Of a stretch of DNA of 64,000 bases, positions 52,935-64,000 are shown piece after piece. The position numbers were made by a program, and so were the translations under genes. The notes under the pieces were generated by a model. That model was not told where the DNA came from, did no database searches, and worked only from the letters and a program-made list of their open reading frames with translations. The stretch spans positions 33,790,001 through 33,854,000 of the forward strand of contig OX597832.1 of assembly GCA_951406725.2 (NCBI GenBank). The letters run 5' to 3'. Every line of letters begins with the position of its first letter. Positions within the stretch are counted from its first letter, which is position 1. This DNA comes from Octopus vulgaris. Taxonomy: Eukaryota.

Positions 52935-55149
52935 GCAAATTCATTATGCATTTACTTATGTACACATAAAGAAGTGCCATATTGTTGATCCGTCAAACCT
53001 TCTTAAGTTACGATGGGGCATTTCTTTTCTGCCGGTTCAGCGACAACTAAATCATCACCTTCATATCAAAATCATCATCATCATCCTCATCATTGTCCGC
53101 ATGCAGCGTTGCCTTTCTGTTGAGTCTTAGTGATTTAGTATTTAGAGAAGTTTTCAGGAAGACTTTACTTCGTGGCCAACGCTGTTCTTAGTCGTCTCTT
53201 TTGGATTTTAGAAGCAGAGGTGAGGCTTTCTTTTGCAGTGTTAGTAATGTTGGCAGTAGTAGTAGTAGTAGTGACGATGGAGACGAAGATAGTAGCACTG
53301 TTAATTGCAATTGCCATGATGACTGAAGCAGTATTAACAACATTAGTAATGGTGCTGGTAGCGATGGCGGTGGTAGCAGCCGTGGTGGTGGTGGTGGTGG
53401 TTACATGGCTGTGGTGATATTGTGATGTTTTCCGTGATTTTTCCTGTTGTTTCACCCAAGGTCGCTTATAACAAAGCCATGCCTGTCGTATCCGTCCTGT
53501 CCCCCCACCTCTGTATCTTGTCTTGAAAAATGTACTGAAGACCGCATCGTAATTGAGTGCATGAAGAGAAAGATCTGGCTGCTATTTCTCGTCAGTCAAA
53601 CAAACACATGAATACAATCTCCCTGCTTGACTTTTGGTATTCTGTACTTGTGTTGGTGGTTGTTGTTGAGGTTGACGACAATGATGTCGACAACGCCGAT
53701 GACAAGGTGGAGGAGGGCGGGGAGTAGGCGAAGGAGGACAGCATTGGTGTCTCTGTGAAAATTGTAGTTTTACTATTGTTGTTGTTGTCGTTGTTGATAT
53801 CACAGTCGTCGTTGTAGTTGTCGTCGTTCCACGTCGTTATGATTTCTGTAAGCTATATGAAATCATACCCCCCCGCCATCCCCCTAAACAACCCCCACCC
53901 ACTTTGCTATCAAGTCACTTTGAACTCTCTTCTCTCTTAAATATGTCGGATGATTTTAATCTCTCTTTGAAATTCTTCATACTGTCTCAGACAGCAGAGA
54001 TGCACCGTTTGATGTTCTTCGTATTTAGACACAGCCCGGCCCTGATTGAGTATACATACGATCAAAAGCGATCAAGCCGTGACCACTCCGACTTTTATTC
54101 CGGCAACTTCTATTTAATACGACGTTATTCAGTGCATTCTTAAGATATCTATTTTAACGTAATACATTAGGAAGCAAGGGAAATTTGGTTCTTATTTCTA
54201 GCAGGCTCGGTCACAATCCAGGTGCGCTCTCGTTCTTGTACATTGTATTCTTTTAGCTGCTATTTTTAGTTTTGGCAAAGTTCTTTAAGTGTCGTAAACA
54301 TCTTTAGTTTAAGTTGTGCATTCAAATTCCACCGCGGTTTCATTTTGCCTGACATCCTTCTCTGGTTGAAGCAAAACACCATCCAAATATTGGAGTCGAT
54401 ATAATTGACTGTCCTCCTAACTTCAGTTTTCAAACCTTTTGCTCTATGTATTGAAGCAGCTTCCTTCAAATAATGCAGGATTAAACACAAAAGTTGAGAT
54501 TAAAATAGCTGTCAATAATTCTTTCTAATGATGGCGCAAGGCCTGCACTTTTGAAGGGAGGTGCAGATGGATTACAATACCTCGAAAATTTAAGTGGTAT
54601 TTGTTTTATAGAACCACAAAAGGATGAAAGATATAAAGTTGTTCTCGGCGGACACTGAAAGTTAGAATATAAAAAAGACGGGAGAAATGCGGCTAAACAT
54701 TTTGCCCGATTTAGTAACGACTCTGCTAGTTCACCTCTTCTTTTATTATTTATAAAATTTTTGACATAAAGCCAGCAATTTCGAGGGAGGGCGTAAATTG
54801 ATCACATCGACCATGGTGTTCAAGTGTTACTTATTTTATCGAGCCCGAAGTCGACCCCAGGAGCATTTGGATCCAGAACGTAAAGTTGGACGAAATATCG
54901 CTAAGCATTTTTCCCGATGGTCTGCTCTTAGCATTGACAACATCGGAGATCCCTGGATGCTGTGTTTATATGTTGGTGTATTTCAGGCATGTCTGGTTTT
55001 TCCTCAACTTATTTGTACCATGGAGTTTAAGTACAGGCTCAAACTATGGCAAAGACTGAAAATCTGTCATTCGAAGCCTTCCAAATCTCTTTCAGGCCAG
55101 GAAATACAGTTGACGATACATCAAAGTTTACACCCTGTAGTGTACTAGC

Positions 55150-55620
55150 GGTGTATTTACCAGAAGACATTCCAAGGGAGTGTCTGGGCGTTGACCAAGT
55201 TTAATTAAACAGCTTCTTCTGGAAGTCTGTTTACAGAAATCTCCAGAGAGCTTAACCTGGCAGTGCTACAGATAAGCACTGTAAGTTGAGTATAATATCT
55301 ACGTGCAAGGAAGAGGGCTGTCCGAGATGCATACATGGAGGCAAACGTTCTGCACGCAATCGGTCAGTGTCCGAGTAATTCTGACGCATTAATTTATGCC
55401 ACATGTTGGTGACCATGTAGTCCATCATGATATATGCACATCACCATCATCTCACTGAGAAGGACTGGATTTTTTTTCTCCGGTGGTTTTTATAAGAGAG
55501 ATTGTAAGATGAACGAGTTGCAAAAACTGAGGACGGAGACATTTTTCTCTGGGCTCGGCCTCACCAATTTCTTTAATTACAAATTTGTGAAGAAAAAAAG
55601 GTTAGAGACAGAGAATTACA
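55150..55620 (+). pseudogene. L1/Tx1-type ORF2 C-terminal (zinc-knuckle) relic
   Basis: SLTWQCYR*AL*V and GCPRC...EANVLHAIGQCP resemble the W.....ALP...CP.C...ET..H....CP pattern. Confidence 0.6.
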
Positions 55621-56878
55621 GATCTTCATTGAATTTACTGCACTGTGAGTTATTGCGCTGCCAATTTGCCTCTTTTCTATATAAACCCCTTGGTCGCAGA
55701 ACACAGAGGATGCTGTAAGTCCTTTATGATCAGTGTCATCTTGGATCTGTGGGAAACCCTGTTTGGTTGCAGCTGTCTTCCTCAACCATTACCGGAATAA
55801 CTCTTTTGCTACATTCTCTATGCATATGTCTTCTATGCTCGATCCTTCTCGCATAATTAATTATATGTAAATTTCCACTATTTTTATATATTGCTGTGAA
55901 TAATTGTCGTCACACACAGAAAAAGCATTTCCCTGACATTTCTCTCACCTAGAATCGATATAACTATCTGACAATTAACAGCATCTGACAGTGTGATAAC
56001 GATGGTTGCAGACAAAGAAGTAATATTCTTCCCTAAGTGCACAGGGATGGCCATGAGAGGAACCAGTTTCAAGGTTTGCGGGGTTTCTTTTCCTCTTTGC
56101 TTGAGAAAAACATCCCAGTCTATTCACCAGTAGATAACCCTTAAGATGGATTTGCTTACCGTTCAAGGGACGTATTGTGATGTTAATCTCTTATACGCCT
56201 TGGAATCTGGGTAACTCTCTTTAAGAGACCAAGGACTCGTGACAGTAATCAAGGATTAATGATGATGATAAAATGTATGGGAACCTAATAAGAGAGTTAA
56301 TTATCGTGCACACATAAATACACAAAGATAGAGAGAATTGATATTACGAAAATGTTTTCCCCCATAATTTCTATAAGATCTGCTTCCCTAAAAATTATTT
56401 ACTCAAGACCAGGTAAACCCAAACATCTGCCTTACTGATTTGGAACGAAACGGGAATCTTATCACTTACCAATTTGTCTTCTTTTTTTAATCTATAATTT
56501 ATATTTATATTTCTTCTGTTTATATTCTTTATTAAATCTTATCGACCGTAGAATAATTAATATCGCAACTAAATTCTCTAAAACACTTTGCACTGAAGTT
56601 GATTGAGGACAAAGAAGCAGCTGCCTACAAAAGCGGAAGATTAAATGCAAAAGCTGAAATTCAATTAATTATTAATAACACTTACAGAATAAGATATATG
56701 AAAATATGTTTGCTTTTCTTTTATTTTAATTAATTTAGTAAGAGAAGGTAAGAAAATATAACAATGACGACATTCCCGTAAGGCTTTTCTCATTTGCAAA
56801 TCAGCCAATAGGTATGACGCTTATATTAAGTGCACGTATATCTGTGTGTGTATGTGTGTGTGTACAAACATATATACA

Positions 56879-56922
<44 letters not shown>

Positions 56923-57006
56923 TATACATATATATATGCAGGGAGAAGGTGATGAATTGATAGTTAGATAGATAGATGAATAAATTATGTATTTATGTAC
57001 ACTTCT

Positions 57007-57063
<57 letters not shown>

Positions 57064-58419
57064 TTATTTCCCATAGAGATTTGAATCAGAAGCACCAGCT
57101 GCAGAAACATTTATCATTTCCACATATAACAACAACAACAACACTAATACAAGTGATTTCCAATTCTCCCTTCACACAAAACAAGAAAACCAATTCTTCA
57201 GATCTCCGTCAAATATTACTCTTCATTTGTCAATTCTCTCACCGTTTAAATTACGCTTTGCTCTGAATCCTCGAGATATGCACGCCTCCCTATAAATACT
57301 TCAACATCATTTACCTACCTAACACTCTCTTTCACTAACACCATTACGTCTCTCCTCTAAAAGTCTCCTCCACCCAACTATTTAAAATAAATATCTTTTT
57401 AATTATAAAACCACAACACAGATATATGACGTCGTCCATTTATTTATAACAACCGATATATATGACTTGCATACACATTTATAATCCTTTTGTCACCGAA
57501 TATAATTTATACCGACTTCCCTATCATTTATACTGCAATTTCCAGACCTTCAACACGTCGGCTCATCATTTATTACAGTCTTTCTCAAGCATTTGAAGCT
57601 ATCATCTCAAATGCTTTTCCTGCACCACCTTGCGACAATCGAACGTCCTTTCTCCATTTTCAGTAATACAAACCGCTCCACCCTACAATAAGCGAATGCA
57701 TAACACATAAATAATGTATATTCGTTAGTTATTCGGAACGGAAGTAATGTTTGTAACATGTGATCATTTGTACATCCAACTGAACAACTTGTAAATGCTG
57801 TGAAAGCGCCATAAGCTGCAGCAATTCTCATAAGAAATTATCCTGTATCGTACTAAGAGTCACAGATTATATCGGAACAGGAATCTCGTCCTCCGTCTCT
57901 ATTACGGACAATGCGAAAAAATGCTGAACTCATGTGATACAATAGTCCCTGTGGAGTGCTGAATACCTTTCTCTGACGATATAATCTGCTCTTTAGCACT
58001 ACACTGCTATACAAGATAATTTCTCGGGGTAATTATTCCATTTTAAGTCATTTTTACAGCCCACCAAATTAAGTTGGAGGTTCAAATTTGTATATATTTC
58101 TTTCTTTCGTTCTTTCTTTCTTTCTTTCATTATTTCATTCTTTCTTTCTTTCTTTCTTTCTTTACATTTCGAAGTTTATTACTTTGTTGATGCTGATATT
58201 GTCGTTGTTATTGTTGACATTATTATTGTAGCAAGCAAGTGGTTCATCGTAAAACAACTGCCAATGTTTTTCATGTTAATATCTCATTAGTAGACAATAA
58301 CTAAAAAAAGTTATGTTAATGCATCTCTTGCTTCTCCTTATCACCCCAGGACACCAATTATCCCGGATGATATTCCATAGGACACCCAACCCGTGTGGCA
58401 GTATCACTCACATTGAGAA

Positions 58420-58745
58420 ATATTATTTTATCAAACCAAATAAACATTTATTATCAAGTAAAGTAAATATTTATCACTCTATCTAAACATTTTATCTCGT
58501 CTGATAAATATTCACAGTGTTATCACAAACAGCTATCGTATCACCAAAATATTTAAGCATAATCCAAATTTTTACCACGCCACGCTCATATATATTACGT
58601 CTCCCAAAGTTTTAACCCCTCACTTGCGATTTTTAACCTGCCATGTAAAATTGTATCATGTTTATTAGGCATCCCAGACATTTTAAAGCTCACTCGTTTA
58701 TGTATCTCAAATCATTTCAAACATTTACTCCATCACCACAGCTAT
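58420..58745. repeat. Highly degenerate ~20-bp tandem repeat
   Basis: Recurring aaacattttatca(c/t)...cc-like units. Confidence 0.45.
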
Positions 58746-60025
58746 CTTGGGATTCCATGCCAATAGACTAACAATATTTCTTTGCAAAAATACAACCGTC
58801 TTTTCCCATTAACTATTGCCGGATTTCTACTTTCCTGAGATAATCCGAGATAAAGCACAGAGCTTAATTCCTACGGTAGAGACAGTGGCAGACCTGTGTA
58901 ACAGATGTCTAGGGGTGAACACTACTTCTGTTGCTCTGTACCTTAGCCACATGTCCAACTTCTGCTATTTTACATACAACAGGGGCTCATGACCAGTCGT
59001 GGCCAGAGCAGACGAGAGATTAATGATGACTAACCATTACCTCCATATTATGCAAATTCCTCCGGTTCCCTGGCAACCTCATCACCGGATGCATTTCAAA
59101 GTCTTACACAGTTGCACAGAACAAACAAAATGCTTGTGATATCAGTTAAATGTCTGTATCATGTAACCTATGCACATCAGCCCATTTCGCATTATTTCAT
59201 ACTAACTTTTATCTTGTCATTTGAACGTGTACAATATGACCGAAGGAAATGCGCAAGCTACAGCTCAAGTAAATATGGACTATACGACTGAAGACACAAA
59301 TAAATAAGTACTATATAAACCTCGTGAATATGTTATATATGACCCAAGTAAGCATGTACTATGGGGCCCAAACATTTGTTAGGTTACGCGAAGATCTACC
59401 ATGTGACCCCAAAGTGTTTCACACTACCCAAACATCAACCACGTTAACCCAAATATAATATTATACTAACAATTATTCTAACATATATGAATCCTAGGAA
59501 TTCGATCTTTCGACTACATTATCTAATGGCGAATCATGCGACATATATTCAGGGCTCACTATGAAAATCTTCAAATGGAACAGCCTGATAGGGTCTCCCA
59601 TATTCGTAGCTACTGGCCCTTCATTACAAACGAGAATGAAAAACGAAAACCAATGTCTGATGTTTGCAGAGATGATGTAACAGCGCCACACGTCAGGATC
59701 ATCAGAACTTTGCGTGTTGAAACTAACCAAGTGCAAACTAAGATAGAAGTTCCCAGTAGTATAATGTGCAAATAATTTAGTGATAAATTGCTTAGCATAT
59801 AAATATTTACAACCAAACTATAGATACATGTATGAATGTGTTTATCTACGTATAGACTTCCTTCATATAAAATACTTGCATATATAGGGACATATATAAA
59901 TACATACGTAAATAAATACATTCGTAAATAGGAGCGTATACACATTATGTTAGTGTCTCATGAACAATACCACTGTATAAAGTTATGTATGGATATCTCT
60001 ATCTATTCATCTCTCTCTTCTCTCC

Positions 60026-60058
<33 letters not shown>

Positions 60059-60161
60059 GTGTGTGTGTATGAGAGAGTGTGAGAGATACATACACACACA
60101 CACACATATATATATATATTTATATTCAATTTAGTATGTGTATATATGTATATATATATAT

Positions 60162-60192
<31 letters not shown>

Positions 60193-60252
60193 AACACATA
60201 TATACATATACTCGTGTGTGTGATTATGTATGCATGTAGGTATATATATGTG

Positions 60253-60285
<33 letters not shown>

Positions 60286-61290
60286 ATGTGTGTGTGAGCA
60301 TGTGCGTGTATTTCATTAATGTCCTTCACTATTTGTGCCTTCCATTAAACATGATCACGAATGACATAACTACTACTAATACTACTACTGTTATAAATGT
60401 CGTCTTACTACTTTTATCATGAAATATAATTATTATTATTTTTTTTTTGTCATTCAAATGTTATTGGAATTAGCAAAGTAAATGCTTTGCTGAGACTCTT
60501 TATGCCGGTAGTTCAAATCCGGCAGATATCATCATAGCATCTTATCCACCGGGAGCCGATAAAATGTAGTAACAATCAAGTAGTCGTATCGGTGGATCTA
60601 ACTAACCAGCCACCCCTTTAATGTTCTTGAATGCTTTGAGATGGCAGAATCTTTAGTGCCAACGTATTTTTAGTTCAAATCTCACCCAGGCCAACTTTCA
60701 TTTCCATCCATTTAGGGTCCATAAAATAAAGTAATAGTGAAGTACTAGGATCGATGTAGCCGACAAACAATCTTCCTTGGAAGTTTTTAGTCTTTTACCA
60801 AAATTTGAAGCAGTTAAACTGTGGCGAGTTTGCAGAAACGCTAGATCACGGAAATAAATGCTTTGCTCGATCACTTCCGGCCGAATTCTGAATTCAAAAT
60901 CCGACTTTGCCATTTATGTCTTTGTGGACGATGAAAAAAGTAATAGCTGAGTAGCTCATCATGCTCAAAGGGTCCCTGAATAAGGGCTATTTAAGTATGT
61001 TCAGCGACACACCCATGCTTCCAATGGTGAAATATTCAAACCCCAAATAATTCCTCTCAACACATGGCTATGATGCTCCCCCACTACTTCTGCTCGTGAT
61101 CAGAGATGCACATATCGTCAGCCACTGAGGAACATGCTCAACTGGTTATGGTCAAACATCTGACAAGCAAATCTGTGGTATTGAGCAGAATATTTGCTGT
61201 AGCCCATCTTTTATACCAAGACAAAACAATATACATGTTAACATTTCCAATCAGTTAAGATCAGAAGCCATGAGCGTCACTTCCTGGTAC

Positions 61291-61650
61291 GGGCGGCGAG
61301 CGTGCAAAATCATAAGCACACCGGGTGAAATGCTTAGCGGTATTCCGTGTGTCGCTACGCTCTGAGTTCAAATTCCGCCGAGGTCGACTTTGCCTTTCAT
61401 CCTTTCGGGGTTGATTAAATAAGTACCAGTTACGAACTGGGGTCGATATAATCGACTTAATCCGTTTGTCTGTCCTTGTTTAGCCCCTTGTGGGTAGTAA
61501 AGAAATAGGTATTTCGTTCGTCGTTACGTTCCGAGTTCAAACTACGCCAAGGACGACTTTGCCTTTCATCCTTTCGCGGTCAATAAATTAAGTACCTAAC
61601 CGACTCATTCCCTACCCCAAAATTGCTGCCCCTGTGGCAACATTTCAAGC
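61291..61650 (+). mobile_element. SINE family B with tandem duplication of the B-box/central domain
   Basis: Full unit 61291-61510, then a second gtatttcg...gagttcaaa...gcctttcatcctttcg...aagtacc unit. Confidence 0.8.
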
Positions 61651-61817
61651 CATTATTAGTAGCAGTAGTAATAGTACTAATATTGTGTGTGTATGTACTA
61701 ATAGTATTAATAGTAATATATTATTAGTAGTAATATTAGTAGCAGCATCAGTAGCTGCTGCTGCTGTTGTTGTTGTTGTTGTCGTTGTAGCTGTCCTCGC
61801 AGCAGCAGTCTCAATGG

Positions 61818-62262
61818 TTACTCTCTCTTCTACACTTTTACTTGTTTCAGTCATTTGACTGCGGCTATGCTTGAGCACCGCCTTTAGTGGAGCAAATCGA
61901 CCCCAGGGCTTATTCTTTGTAAGTCTAGTACTTATTCTATCGGGCACTTTTTCCGAAACGCTAGGTTACGGGGACCCAAAGACACCAGCATCGATTGTCA
62001 AGCGATGTTCGGTGGACAAACACAGACACACATACACGCACACACACACACAGACACACACAAGCACACACACATATATGTATATATACACATATATACG
62101 ACGGGTTTCTTTCAGTTTCCGTCTACCAAATCCACTCACAAGGCTTTGGTCGGCCCGAGGCTATTATAGAAGACACTTGCCCAAGTTGCCACGCAGTGAG
62201 ACTGAACCTGGAAGCATGTGGTTGGTCAGCAAGCTACTTACCACACAGCCACTCCTGCGCCT
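61818..62262 (-). mobile_element. Full-length SINE family A
   Basis: Closely matches the reverse complement of 44571-45028; ends ccactcctgcgcct. Confidence 0.9.
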
Positions 62263-62634
62263 ACCTGGAATAACAAATTCCACGAGAACTAAACATTCAT
62301 TACATTTCTTCGGAGCCATCATGTAGAAAAAAGAAAAAAAAAAGAAAAAACAATGTCCATCAGCACATCCTGTGTCTGCCCAAACTAAGTAGCCATATTC
62401 CCTTCACACGCTATCTCGTCCATTCTGCATCACGATCCTTTTAGATCTTAACCTGCCGGATAAGCGGGACATTTCGGATGACAGGACTGCAGATATCCAT
62501 TAAACTGTCACTACGAATTTGCACCGTTCCATGCTACCAGCGCACTGCATGCATGTATGCACACACACATGCACACTTATATACATGCATATGTGTGTAT
62601 GTACACATACATTAAGATAGGTATACGCTCACAC

Positions 62635-62697
<63 letters not shown>

Positions 62698-62704
62698 AAG
62701 ACAC

Positions 62705-62781
<77 letters not shown>

Positions 62782-63403
62782 AGTATGCGTGTTTTGTACA
62801 TGACTTTCCTATCGAAGTTTTTGCCAGAATATTCGTTGACCTGTCTTCTGTAGCTACATGTATGCGTGGTGGCCGAATTACAGTTGCCGTATTGTATGCA
62901 CAATTATTTTAGTCTAAACACAATCAGGGGTATTTTGGCTATGGTGGTGGCCTATCAAAATGCCTATTATTCTGTAACAGTAAAACTATATTCGTGTCTA
63001 TATTTGTAAATATGTCTATCCACGTATGCATATATGTGTACGCTTGTATGAAGTGAGAAAATATATGAGGAAACAAAAAGTAATAAAATCGAGTTAAAGT
63101 AATTTTAACTATTTAAACCCCTCTCAACTAAGGGTGGGAACGTAGTTCAATAGAACATAGTTAATTAAAGTTCATTGTTACCATTTATTTATTTCAATTG
63201 GATTACGGTTTAAAATATTGATATTCCTTCAAAGCGGTGGTTCTGGCAAAATACAAAGCGGCCTTTTGTCCGTTTTTACGTTCAGAGTTCAATTCAGGTG
63301 AACTTTGATTGATATAACATTAATACTTGTTAAATGCTGGGGTCGATGTCAACGATGTATTCCTTTCTCAGAGTTTGCTGGCCTTGTTCCAAAATCTGAA
63401 ACA

Positions 63404-63807
<404 letters not shown>

Positions 63808-64000
63808 GCATGTATGCAAATGCACACACATATATTTCTCTGTGTTGTTTCTCTTTGTGTTTGCGCGTGCGTGTGCATGCGTGTAGATGTCATTATAATT
63901 TACTGTAAATACATTCAATAGGGCAAGCTGTATATATATATATATAAACGCACGAATGTATCTCTTTATTTAAACTCAAGAATGTGTATCCGTGTGTCCT

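Noticed and set aside
59494-59775. Overlapping ~80-aa ORFs in unique sequence
   Set aside because: No recognisable motif or convincing splice signals
61871-62326. 151-aa ORF, and 541-1086
   Set aside because: Chance ORFs across antisense SINE copies

Overview
AT-rich, microsatellite-saturated eukaryotic DNA, most likely an octopus-like coleoid cephalopod (inferred from recognisable octopus-type tRNA-derived SINE families). No intact protein-coding gene is visible, and nearly all supplied ORFs are translations of microsatellites. The window is mostly a transposon graveyard. It holds three SINE families, a non-autonomous Helitron, Chapaev and mariner transposase relics, and CR1, RTE, L1/Tx1 and R4/Dong-like LINE relics. 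It also holds Penelope-like element (PLE) RT, N-terminal and GIY-YIG relics, plus a candidate minus-strand terminal exon/3'UTR. The most striking signal is a set of more than a dozen short non-coding modules, mostly embedded in (TA)n tracts, that carry intact or decayed minimal type-I hammerhead ribozyme motifs. About seven of them are fold-back structures (inverted arm, full arm, tail). The best example is 46728-47276: a ~188-bp near-perfect inverted repeat with an apparently intact hammerhead on each strand. Two diverged relatives elsewhere in the window show stem covariation, and one shares a 5' junction motif. All calls were made by eye and coordinates of degenerate elements are approximate.
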